NCBI RefSeq assembly: GCF_902459465.1
Contig: NC_047076.1
Span: 12,834,001-12,898,000, forward strand
Reading direction: 5' to 3'
From: Asterias rubens
Taxonomy: Eukaryota
Length of the DNA stretch: 64,000 bases
Below the pieces are notes generated by a model, which was not told where the DNA came from, did not search any database, and was given only the letters and a program-made list of their open reading frames with translations. Positions 12,501 through 21,371 of this stretch are shown one piece after another (position 1 is the stretch's first letter; each line of letters starts with the position of its first letter). Made by a program: the position numbers and the translations under genes.

Positions 12501-15500
12501 TACGAAGAAAAGTTTTAATGTAGTTTACATGTACCAATTATAACGATTTAAAATTGCAAAGTTATCGATGTTGGAAACGAACGGTAAAACATGTGCATTA
12601 CACTACAATTCCTAAATGAGTGCTTTCGTACAGTGTATTAATTTACCTTGTTGAAGTTGTCTTTCCTGTGTCTTGTAAAGTCGCTGTCCTCTTGAAAACT
12701 GCTATAAACCAGTTCAAACTGGTCTAAACTAGATAAGAGTTGTTCCTCTGCAGCAGTAAGAAAGGATCCAAATTCTGCAAAAAAAATTCAAAAGCAAAAT
12801 TCAAGTTCTGGTGGCTAAGTCATCGGAGTGCGGGTTCGGGGTCAGTCATGACACTTGTGTCCTTGAGCAAGATGCTTTACTATAATTGCTTCTCTTCACC
12901 TAGGGGTATAAATTGACGGGTACCTGCAAGGGTAGAGGTTGATATGCCTATAAGTGTATGAAAAGCCACTGAAGTGATATCAGCTGTGTCTTGCAAGGGA
13001 GCTGGGCAAAATTGAAGGGATGTTATTGGCCCAATGACCAGGCTTATTGTGAAGTGTGCCATATATAAGAACTAGCTACAATGAAAAGGGTGCCGTAGTG
13101 CTTTGTCAAGAACCCAAATATAGGAGCAGCGCTGGGCGGGAATTTCTTGGATATCAAGTTTAGACAGAAAGTGAGTGAATGAAAGGTTAAAGACAAATAC
13201 AAATAAATTCCATCAACATAAAGCTATACCAGACTTTAAAGTCGCGCTTTGTGACAAATGATAGAGAATACTGTACACCTTTTGAAAAGGGGGACTGTCT
13301 GTCCTTTGTCAAGAACCCCATTATAGGAGCAGCGGGAATTATGTGGATAATCAGTTTATACAGAAAGTGACGTCTACCTAATGAAAGGCTACCAGTCAAC
13401 AATGATGATCAATAAGGACACAACTACCCTGGATCCTGGCATAGAGCAAGGACCAGCTACAGACAAATTCAACGAGTACTTTGTCCAACTTGAAGAACTG
13501 AACAGAACTTGACGAGGTCATCTTAAAGCCACTGGACACTATTGTATGGTACTTACTCAAAATAATTGTTAGTACAAAAACTTACTTCGTAACAACAAGT
13601 AATGGAATGCAGTTGATCGCATAAAACATTGTGAGAAACAGCTCCCTCTGAAGTAACATAGTTTTTGAGAAAGAAGTAATTTCTCACTAAAATATTGGAA
13701 TTTGATTTTGAGACTTCACAATCAGATTTTGAGGTCTCGAAATCAAGCATCTGTTTTGTTATTTTATGCATTTTATGTTGGGATACACCAAGTGAGAAGA
13801 CTGGTTTTGGACAATTACCAATAGCGTCCAGTGCCTTTAAGGATCAACCTGGATGAGAGCTTTAATCCTTGTAAGTCTGGCGACTGTATAATTTAAACAA
13901 GTTGGAATTGCTGTAAATCTTCTGATGCTACACAGATTTTTTATTTTTGTAGCATTTATAATTAATTGCCGTTATTATAAAAATTGTATACACATTACAC
14001 CAGCTTCTATTTTTTTCAAATCTTAATTTAATTCAAAGGCACCAAAGCAATGACCGGTACCTCGGGTCAGTGGACACTATATTGGTAATTAGTCAAAATA
14101 ATTGTTAGCATAAAACTTGGTAACGAAAAATGGGGAGCCACTTCTGAGCCAAGCCAAATGTGAAGGTTAAAGGCAGTGGACACTATTGGTAATTACTCAA
14201 AATAATTATTGGCATAAAACCTTTCTTGGTGACGAGTAATGGGGAGAGGTTGATGGTATAAAACCTTGTGAGAAACGGCTCCCTCTGAAGTGCCATAGTT
14301 TTCAAGAAAGAAGTAATTTTCCACGAATTTGATTTTGAGACCTCAGGTTTAGAACTTGAGGTCTCGAAATCAACCATCTAAACGCACACAACTTCGTGTT
14401 GCAAGGGTTATTTTTGTTTCATTATTATCTCGCAACTTCGGTAACTAGTGTACATCTATTCCCCTCGGGCCTGTGAGTAACCAGAAGAGGGGCCTATTTG
14501 TAAATAGGTCGCTCTTCTGGTCACTCAAGGTCCCTCGGGGGAATAGACATAATAATACACAAGTACTAAACTTTTATTTTTCTAAGGGGGGCTATAGGAC
14601 TAGGAGCAACTGGCCCATTTGAAATCTGATATTTTTATATCAAAAATATCCGAGTAATTTTAACGGAAAGTGCAGTTTTTCGGGCAAGAAGTGCCCCCCC
14701 CCTCGCCCTAGAAAATATCACGCCTTCCCTAGAGACCCAGTAACTGGGGCGGTGTATTTTAAGTTGTTGTTTTTTTGGACATTGATATCAATTAGTACGC
14801 CTATTTCTTTTTTTTCAAAATTTTGACATTAAAATGACCGATGTCAAAATTGCGAAAAGGAATGCCTCCCCATGTCCCCCAACCACCCTCCCCTTAAATT
14901 AGTTGAGGAGACTGGTAACATTATCATAGGTGCGATTAAACGTAACCCTCCAACCGGAACCCTGTCAGCAGGGGGGTTACGTTATTCGCTATTATATAAC
15001 ACCCGAGCAGATCCTTGCCATTTGATTGGAGGATTGTCCGTCACGTGATAGCAAATAAAAGTGCCATTGCACGCTGAGTCACTCCACGTGCTTTTTCGTT
15101 CCATCCGAAAAGTACCATTGCACGCTGCCAGCGAAAAAGCTGAGTAAACACATATCACTGCGTGCGCGTGTCTTTGGTAACGCAGCAGTGTTACTGCAAG
15201 GTAGTAAAATTACTTAACATTCGGCTTCTACAAATAAAAATTGTAGGTCTACGTTTTGTTTGTTTTGAAAGTTGTATCTTTTATTCAAAATGACAAAGAT
15301 CTACTTGGATGTTATATAAAACAAATAATGAATGTTTTTCATTCGTGCAATGGTGCGAAATGTTCATTCGTTGAAAGCTGGAATGTTCCATTCAACTTGG
15401 CTCCGCCTCGTTGAATAGAACATTCCATCTTTCAACTCATGAACATATTCGCACCATTGCACTCATAAACATTCATTATGTGTATATATTATATGTTATC

Positions 15501-15884
15501 ACTACCCTTAATTTATTTTTAAATGTACCGGTACATACATAATTATTTCAACACTGAAAGTGGAATATAATTATACAAGAAAGCAAATTATGAGTTTGTA
15601 AAGCCAGTGCCCCAAAACACAAGTGCAAGCTGACAGGTCGAGTTGCCCCCCCCCCCCCCTCCCATTCTCTTTTCAAGATGTCCACTTTACAATGTACAGC
15701 TAGTTATGCAACAGTGCTGCAAGCCCAACGTGCAATTTCCAACAACACAAAACAACGAAATTCACAAACCTTTCACAGTGGTTGCTCTACACACCGCCGA
15801 CTTCCCCCACAAAAGACCAGTCAAAACCAAAAAAATGGTCCACGTACGGAGCGTAGATAATGTCACCAGCCTCTTCCAATCCAT
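434..15884 (-). CDS. ADAM22: ADAM11/22/23-like non-catalytic ADAM; span of 16 coding exons, 3' part beyond window start
   Basis: Spliced 1392 nt ORF: signal peptide, prodomain (CHYQGVVRG..TCNGISG), furin site RRVRR, KYIEL, degenerate zinc motif, CVM Met-turn, CGNGILE..CDCG. All introns GT-AG with consistent phases. Symbol is the closest vertebrate paralogue; probably co-orthologous to ADAM11/22/23. Confidence 0.9.
533..690. mobile_element. Family B left-arm fragment filling most of the 206 bp ADAM intron
   Basis: Homologous to 60832-60990. Confidence 0.75.
712..826 (-). CDS. ADAM22: ADAM exon 15 (DWKPKPPSGFSDCSIEAFEYHLQRGYYSCLFNVPTPEE)
   Basis: FSxCS...CLFNxP end of metalloprotease domain; phase 2 to 0. 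Confidence 0.93.
1485..1536 (-). CDS. ADAM22: ADAM exon 14, Met-turn (VCECDGTPGSCVMYQRPV)
   Basis: CxC.....CVM motif; phase 1 to 2 bridges neighbouring exons exactly. Confidence 0.9.
1640..1910. mobile_element. MITE with CCCAGGTCAAAATT TIRs and many AACT(G/A)G subrepeats
   Basis: 14 bp perfect TIR; internal repeats in both orientations. Confidence 0.8.
2354..2447 (-). CDS. ADAM22: ADAM exon 13 with degenerate zinc motif (EFNSDVISASLARGLAHNLYIYNDDFYTRGR)
   Basis: Aligns to HExxHxxGxxHD position; resembles ADAM22 TLAQSLAHNIGIISD; phase 0 to 1. Confidence 0.92.
2588..2839. mobile_element. Family E copy in the opposite orientation (terminal fragment also at about 31102-31125)
   Basis: Same TIRs. 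Confidence 0.85.
3011..3975. repeat. Compound minisatellite: three long units (168, 145, 146 bp), then 80 bp units, ending in a partial long unit
   Basis: Unit starts at 3011, 3179, 3324, 3470, 3549, 3629, 3709, 3789, 3869. Confidence 0.92.
4346..4433 (-). CDS. ADAM22: ADAM exon 12 (GTDVERSRSYYSTSRQNSICTEKAVSLTE)
   Basis: TAG acceptor, GAG/GTAAG donor; phase 2 to 0. Confidence 0.88.
4472..4838 (-). mobile_element. tRNA-derived SINE with (ATT)n tail (other pieces at about 3992-4090, 5362-5610 and 28335-28560)
   Basis: B-box-like G.GTTCGAGTCCC followed by GTGTCCTTAAGCAAG; shared body between copies. Confidence 0.75.
4889..5058 (-). CDS. ADAM22: ADAM exon 11 (YFRQFNVRLVITYIELW...FDAAHLAL)
   Basis: Reprolysin strand and DxAHL motifs; phase 0 to 2. 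Confidence 0.93.
5886..5954 (-). CDS. ADAM22: ADAM exon 10 (INRYSNANFAFVRMLDIVNEADL)
   Basis: IVNxAD helix motif; TAG acceptor, GTAAG donor; phase 0 to 0. Confidence 0.87.
6158..6540. mobile_element. T(T/C)AA-flanked palindromic MITE family C
   Basis: AGGAACAC..GGTCGAGTTGGTCTTTG / CAAAGACCAACTCGACC..GTGTTCCT inverted arms and a central hairpin. Confidence 0.85.
6685..6750 (-). CDS. ADAM22: ADAM exon 9 (VRRDVASEVKYIELAIFCSTSM), furin site and start of metalloprotease-like domain
   Basis: RRVRR and KYIEL motifs; phase 0 to 0. Confidence 0.92.
7208..7296 (-). CDS. ADAM22: ADAM exon 8 (DLEDLNDLLNISHVDVQEPSASSSNAHHRR)
   Basis: CCAG acceptor, AGG/GTAAG donor; phase 1 to 0; leads into furin site. 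Confidence 0.88.
7411..7462 (-). CDS. ADAM22: ADAM exon 7 (TQQLHVLYQVQPEGPFD)
   Basis: HxxY prodomain motif; poly-T acceptor; phase 0 to 1. Confidence 0.85.
7524..7875. mobile_element. TTAA-flanked MITE family D
   Basis: GCCATTATACAC(T)TTCGGT / ACCGATAGTGTATAATGGC TIRs. Confidence 0.8.
8011..8049 (+). ncRNA. Second copy of the minimal hammerhead motif
   Basis: GCCT-TCGAGAAA-GACTCT(GCT)AGAGTC-GAAACGTC-AAGC; one mismatch in stem I. Confidence 0.5.
8339..8531. repeat. 66 bp tandem triplication spanning the ADAM exon 6 donor
   Basis: Units start at 8339, 8405, 8471. Confidence 0.95.
8487..8550 (-). CDS. ADAM22: ADAM exon 6 (GTIVLKEDHFIIKPLSNHYNQ)
   Basis: Prodomain G.I......Y.IEPL-like motif; CAG/GTCAGA donor; phase 2 to 0. 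Confidence 0.88.
9244..9323 (-). CDS. ADAM22: ADAM exon 5 (TSQCHYQGVVRGVARSTVSLNTCNGIS)
   Basis: Canonical prodomain CxYxG..STCxG motif; phase 0 to 2. Confidence 0.93.
10397..10463 (-). CDS. ADAM22: ADAM exon 4 (DLTRAGVRLRHFTKDGTFEELQ)
   Basis: CAG acceptor, CAG/GTAAAA donor; phase 2 to 0. Confidence 0.85.
10660..10998. mobile_element. Family A variant with internal AAAAGGCTTCAGGCCTGAAGGCTTTT palindrome
   Basis: Homology to family A body and right TIR. Confidence 0.7.
11586..12033. repeat. Two inverted copies of a GGGCACC-rich repeat sharing a central CAGGCCTG; second copy split by MITE F
   Basis: 11586-11767 mirrored by 11760-12033. Confidence 0.75.
11821..11971. mobile_element. MITE family F nested in another repeat, GTA duplication (relatives at about 35281-35453, 42136-42270, 43845-43983)
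   Basis: TGGGG..ATTTCACAAAGAGTTAGGACT / AGTCCTAACTCTTTGTGAAATCGACCCCA. Confidence 0.82.
12391..12461 (-). CDS. ADAM22: ADAM exon 3 (INGAKQLRLEGKSTQLDLDLLLNR)
   Basis: Prodomain LxLxxN motif; CAG acceptor, GTAAG donor; phase 0 to 2. Confidence 0.85.
12647..12774 (-). CDS. ADAM22: ADAM exon 2 (EFGSFLTAAEEQLLSSLDQFELVYSSFQEDSDFTRHRKDNFNK)
   Basis: TTGCAG acceptor, AAG/GTAAAT donor, phase 1 to 0. Confidence 0.85.
12798..12968 (+). mobile_element. tRNA-derived SINE, second subfamily (another copy at about 27688-27850)
   Basis: Shared GACACTTGTGTCCTTGAGCAAG..CTTCACC..AGAGGTTGATA; GGTTCGAATCCC B box in the 27.7 kb copy. Confidence 0.72.
13523..13840. mobile_element. Family A copy with internal deletion
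   Basis: Both TIRs and TTAA flanks present. Confidence 0.8.
14167..14441. mobile_element. Family A truncated copy (further terminal fragment at about 14068-14138)
   Basis: TTAAAGGCAGTGGACACTATTGG start, internal homology, far end missing. Confidence 0.8.
14991..15486. mobile_element. Probable non-autonomous element ending in a 155 nt hairpin (15325-15479); class uncertain
   Basis: About 70 bp arms closing on a TTGGCTCCGCCTCG loop; no TIR seen. Confidence 0.55.
15770..15884 (-). CDS. ADAM22: ADAM coding exon 1, signal peptide MDWKRLVTLSTLRTWTIFLVLTGLLWGKSAVCRATTVK
   Basis: ATG with A at -3 and G at +4; hydrophobic core; phase-1 donor AAAG/GTTTGT matches next exon. Confidence 0.8.
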
Positions 15885-17441
15885 ATTTCAGCAGATTTCA
15901 ACTCATATCAAGTCATTTTCAGGGATAAAAACGAGAATAATTGGGAGCGTTTTGAAGGTCCCGTTTTGTTCAACTTCTTGGCTGTGCGGAAACTCAATAG
16001 AAAACTGCGTTATCGATTGTAAAGAAAGTTGTGCACGTAATATTTGTTTGCACAGTAGTTCACAGTGGTGAGTGACTTGACAAACATGTGGCCTTGGGAC
16101 CATAATAAAAGGGACTCAGGAAGACTCCATTGTTGTTACCCTGTGAACAATTATTTATTGTGGAAGTATTTTTTGGTGGATGGGGAATGGTGCTGATGTG
16201 ACCACATGTCAGTGACTCACTCAGGTGTGTCGACCTAAATTAGTCGATGATTGGAATACGACTAATTAGAGTTCGTTGGGACTCGGAGGTAGCTACAGTC
16301 CATTCCGAACATTGTATCCCGTGGTGACATCTTTGTTCTTGCTTCTTGCCACCGTGTACACAGTTCCATTATGGTTTTCGTCTCGCTTTTATTTTGTAAA
16401 TTTGTGAAACTGATTTAATGAAAGCATTTGCAGTCCGAACAGCTCAATCGTTGTTGCTTTTTTTCTTCTTTTTAGCTATTTTTCACAATTTCACTTGTTT
16501 TTGAGATGATCCTCTCCCATCAGGGGAACTCGGAAGCCCACAAGGGGATAAAAAAACACCTTGGCCAATATAGCTCTATACAAATATTGGTTTAACGTCT
16601 AATGAGTTGCACAAAGCAAGCAATTTCCATTCAGTAACTTAACGGAATAGACATTCTAGTCATTGTTAAGTCAGCGGTTAGCATGGGGATTCGAACCTAT
16701 AACCTTGTGATGGCAAGTGCTGCAACCACTTGAATTTACCACGCACGGCGACTTGATTATTGAAGAGAATCAAACGAGTCACAAATCAACAGAGGGCGGT
16801 ACTCCAAAATAATTTTAACGCCGAGCAGCTGCATGACCCGTAATATACCGTAGGATTTTGTTGTTACTTCCTTATTAATTACTAATTGATAATGGTTTAT
16901 AAAACTCACCATTGAAAAATGTAACATTATGATAAAAACAAGTTCAGTATTATTGTAACTTCATTTTTCAAGTAATTTTAAGTTTTTGTTAGGTTGAACA
17001 TTCAAAGCAACACTTTTTGATATACTTTATATGAAGGAGACTTTTTATTGGAATAATCTTTTGAAATTGTATTTTTATAATTTAAAATATGTAAATACCT
17101 AATGTATAATATTATGGGGGTACATGATGGTTTTTTTTACAATACCATGTCAACCGAAAACAATAATAATATTATTCACAATATTATTTAAAATACATGA
17201 CAGGACTGACAAAAAAGTCACCCCTTTTTCTCACAACAACTATTTACATAAAATGATTTATAAACGACATTTTTTCCCACTTTTTGAAGCAGTCTTATTC
17301 AGATCAATTCAAAGTGTGGGTTAATACAAAGGCAATTATTTACCATTATACATTGTTTTATTTACAATAATCTGTATTCGACCTGTGAAAGAAAAGTTTG
17401 TTCGAGACACAAAGAACCTCATTCACGTTACTGTTTCTAAT

Positions 17442-17819
17442 TTAAAGGCAGTGGACACTATTGGTAATTGTCAAAGACTAGCCTTCACAGTTGGTGTCTC
17501 AACATATTTTTTTTGTATGCATAAAATTTGAGCTCAATCGGTCATCGAAGTTGCGAGATAATAATAAAAGAAAAAAACACCCTTGTCACACGAAGTTGTG
17601 TGCGTTTAGATCGTTGATTTCGAGACCTCAAATTCTAAACTTGAGGTCTCGAAATCAAATTAGTGGAAAGTTACTTCTTTCTCAAAAACTATGGCACTTC
17701 AGAGGGAGCCGTTTCTCACAATGTTTAATACCATCAACCTCTCCCCATTACTCGTCACCAAGAAAGGTTTTATGCTAATATTATTTTGAGTAATTACCAA
17801 TAGTGTCCACTGCCTTTAA
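17442..17819. mobile_element. TTAA-flanked MITE family A (Kolobok-like), complete copy
   Basis: TTAA-AGGCAGTGGACACTATTGGTAATT ... AATTACCAATAGTGTCCACTGCCT-TTAA. Confidence 0.88.
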
Positions 17820-18154
17820 GACACTTGACACCTTTGGTCATAGTTATTGTCAAAATACCAGTGTTTCACTTTGAACTAAAGTTTCGTCAAAGCAGCGCGA
17901 GAATAATGGAAGAAAAACACCATTGTCGCACGCAGATGCTTGATTTCGAGACCCTCAGCTGCGAATTCAAGTTTAAATATTTCAGTGAGAAATTACTTCC
18001 TTCTCAAAATACGTTACTTCAGAAGGAGCCGTTTCTCACGATTTGTTTTACTATCCAACATCTCTCAGCTATCAACGGCTCTCCATTTATCGTTAACAAG
18101 TATTGTTATGCTAACAATTATTTTCAATAATTTTTTTGTGTCCAGTGCCTTTAA
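17816..18154. mobile_element. Family A, older diverged copy sharing the TTAA of the preceding copy
   Basis: Internal homology; ends GTGTCCAGTGCCTTTAA. Confidence 0.75.
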
Positions 18155-18516
18155 AATAAACCCAAATAATGTGTTGCTCTGTATAGAAGCAATCACAATT
18201 AATTATTAAGTTCCAGGGACAGGTGACGTCATCCGGAACTTTGAGCACACCGGACATCTGAGACCGTGACAGAGGGATGACAGTTGTTGGAGGAGGAAAG
18301 GGCGGGGGAAGTCACAATAATATGTCACTATCTTCAAGAAACAAACAATGGTGATTGCGACTTGTTCACAAACTTAATGAATGTAGAAAGTAATGAACTT
18401 CAAAATGACTAGGAAGGTTGCTTCTATAAAATTAATATTAAAGTATATAATAATCAGCCGGGCAGTTGGTATTTTTTTTCATCATCCTAAAATGTACATA
18501 GCGGCAACCTGCAAAG

Positions 18517-18562
18517 ACAGAACATTTCTTTTTGATAAAAACAGAACATTTCTTTTTGATAA
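18517..18562. repeat. 24 bp tandem duplication
   Basis: ACAGAACATTTCTTTTTGATAA twice. Confidence 0.85.
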
Positions 18563-19003
18563 TGTCATCTTATTTTAAGAAATTTTCAGGTACGATCGGA
18601 AACATTCAAACGAGGCCTTTTTGCTTTACTCTAAATTTTAAAATGGAACAACACAATTTTCATCATATGAAAGGTTACATGTTTTTATACTAATACAACT
18701 AAATCAAACAAGAAATAATTCATGGATATTTCAGAATTTTACAATCAAACAAACGCATCCAAAATAATAACCGAACAATCTTTTATATAAATTATAGTCG
18801 CACAAACCCCACACACAAATCGAACAGGACACATTTCATTAAATTAAGCAACAGATATGGGATTTAACATCCAAGTATTGTCAAAGTTTCAATTCGATTA
18901 TTAATAAGTTATTAATTTCTCATCAGAAAAAGCAGCCAAGTAAATTTTGGAATCAGTTTTATATCATATTTTCTTTTGAAATAACTTTGTGATGTATGAT
19001 GCT

Positions 19004-19151
19004 ATAGAAGACTTTGGAACGCTAGGTGGCAGCAGACTTACCATAGGTGAATTTTCATTGTTTTCGTGGTTCTTCTGAGCATGTGCACATTACCGAAAAC
19101 AATAGATTTCACCTCACAAGTCTGCTGCCACCAAACGTTCCCAAAATCCTA
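19004..19151. mobile_element. Small MITE with CTAGGTGGCAGCAG-containing TIRs
   Basis: Inverted about 30 bp termini; second copy at 25777-26038. Confidence 0.75.
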
Positions 19152-20726
19152 TTTCCTTATTTTACGCGTATTGGAACATTTCATACGTCATTAATTATGT
19201 TACAAATCGGCTGATAGACCATACATGTAGTAACATTATTTTGCTTTGCACACAAACCAATTTACAAAAAGGTCTTGGTTTCAATGATCAGTCCTTGTGA
19301 CGTCATACAATGGAAACACGTGATACATTGGTTGACCATGTAGACATTACCACAGTCAGAGAATGACTTTTGACATTATTGTTATGAACATTTAAATCAA
19401 GAAAGAAAATCCTTACTGGTAATGACAGACACCATGCAAAGCTATTTAAAAGGGTCTGATGTTAATTTATCTGCTCCGATCATGCCGCATTACGGCCACT
19501 GCCAGAGTGCTCGTTTTAAAGAGCCAACAGTTTCTGGTGTTGTCTGCTCCAATCACTGAGATGCACAAGCGCATGACGTCATGGCCAGAGTGTTCTTGGA
19601 GATCAGAGCGATGCCAGATATCCAGGAATCTTAGCGGGCTGTAACGAAGCTTTTAGTAGCCGGTCTGGCAGGAGATTCTGTGTCCCGTCCCCATACGGCG
19701 AACTGTGTACAAACTTCTTCCAATAGGGCCCTCTTTTGAAACATCTATCCTCTTCAGCAGATCTTTGGGGGGGGGGGGTAGAAATCTCCGGAGACAGATT
19801 TTCCTAGGACATGACACTAGACTTGATTTCAAGTCTGTGATCGCGGTTATTTTTATCTTTTTTTTTTTATCAGCCACGCGATTATCTATCAAAGGCCCTA
19901 ACTCGCAATCTCACAACATGGGCACTTCAGGCAACGGTGTTTTCGCGGGTAGATAAATCCACGATCACATACTTGGAACCAAGTCTAGGAGGACACCTGC
20001 ATACATTACAAACTGTTACAAACTGATGTTTAAATTCAGAACACTGAGACACTTGATATAGTTACAGTCTCATCTTCATTTTCATATCAGTAAAAATTAC
20101 ACGGGTTTGACGTAACATCCCAGTGAAGAATTAGCGAGCCCTTTCGTCTGGGCCTGACGTTCGGTTAAGTCCTTGTTCGAATCGGTGTCGTACACCTTCC
20201 ATCGATATATTTAGCATTGATTGTATGCTGATGTATTATTTTGTTTGATGTCCAGCAATCCGATAACATGAGTATCATCCCAATGAGCACTGGTGCTCAA
20301 CTTTGTAACGAGCGCCCTCTGTCGCTTATGGGCGATTACTGCCTCCTTTGATAGCGCAATCTTCGTCCATTTACGGCTTACTTGACGCACCATAGGCGGA
20401 TTTTAGAATATCCCTTTACAGAGGAAAAGGCACGCGAAATGGGCTTTGGTGATGTAACAATTCAAAGTTGACATGTTGATAACAAAAATGGCGTCCAAAG
20501 TCGACAAAGTACTTCTAATGTAGCCTGAACATCTGACGTCACACTTCCAGGCTCATGATTTACGCCAGAGATCTGCCGTTGCGTTGAGCTCACGTACATC
20601 ATTTCACGTGGCTTTCATGGTTCTTGAGATTCACAGTTAAGTCAGACGTACATGTGTTTACAAATAAAGCCAGTAACTGTCTTAATGGAACCAGTCTACG
20701 TCTACTGTAGAATGAATGAGACCGGA

Positions 20727-21371
20727 TCACACCTCTGTCTCTATATTGGGATACACTCTCCTGTCATCACATCCACCATCGTGACACCCATCGGAAGAAC
20801 AACTCCCTGACGCCTCATGATCAATCTCAACCTCGATCTCATTATCCATACTGTCATGCGTATTGTATATATCCGCTTCGTACCCATCTGAATCCTTGAC
20901 TTCGTCTATGATAACAGTTGGCGTGTTATCCGTGTGGTGAACGTTCATTTTGGTATTTTCGTTCGGTTCGTTCGGATCCGGGTGCCTGACTACAAGCGCT
21001 TCTGTGGTTACACGGGGTCGATCTGAGTCACTTTCGTTATCAATCTCACTGACGGCCGTTTGACTGGGTCGCGCCATGTTACCATTCCCCATATGGTGCC
21101 CATTCAAACCGTACGAACCGCCGAATGCTTGGCGTTTAAGAGCTCGTAACTTAGCCCTTATTGAGTTTTTATCCCCTTTGGTTGAATCCTTCAGTGGTTC
21201 CTTCAAGGAATCTTGTCTGGAGGGAGTGGAGAACGAGGACCGAGAGTGACCATTACGTAATGACCGATGTGTACTTAAGGTGCGGTTCAGCTGCCGGACG
21301 CGCCATTTGCGACGGATTTCTGCGCGAACTTCACCGTTCATGAAGCAGTAGAGAACTGCAACCAGGAACCC
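20727..21371 (-). CDS. GPCR terminal exon: TM7, helix 8 and long C-tail ending NIETEV*
   Basis: [23 protein letters not shown]; CAG acceptor at 21372-21374; TGA at 20727-20729. Confidence 0.95.
   Translation of the reverse strand, partial: GFLVAVLYCFMNGEVRAEIRRKWRVRQLNRTLSTHRSLRNGHSRSSFSTPSRQDSLKEPLKDSTKGDKNSIRAKLRALKRQAFGGSYGLNGHHMGNGNMARPSQTAVSEIDNESDSDRPRVTTEALVVRHPDPNEPNENTKMNVHHTDNTPTVIIDEVKDSDGYEADIYNTHDSMDNEIEVEIDHEASGSCSSDGCHDGGCDDRRVYPNIETEV

Noticed and set aside
15643-16071. 142 aa plus-strand ORF
   Set aside because: Non-ATG start in a poly-C run; antisense shadow of ADAM exon 1.
17491-17778. Similar short ORFs recurring at 10689, 29951, 36990 and 44648
   Set aside because: Chance frames in non-coding family A MITE copies; no transposase motifs.
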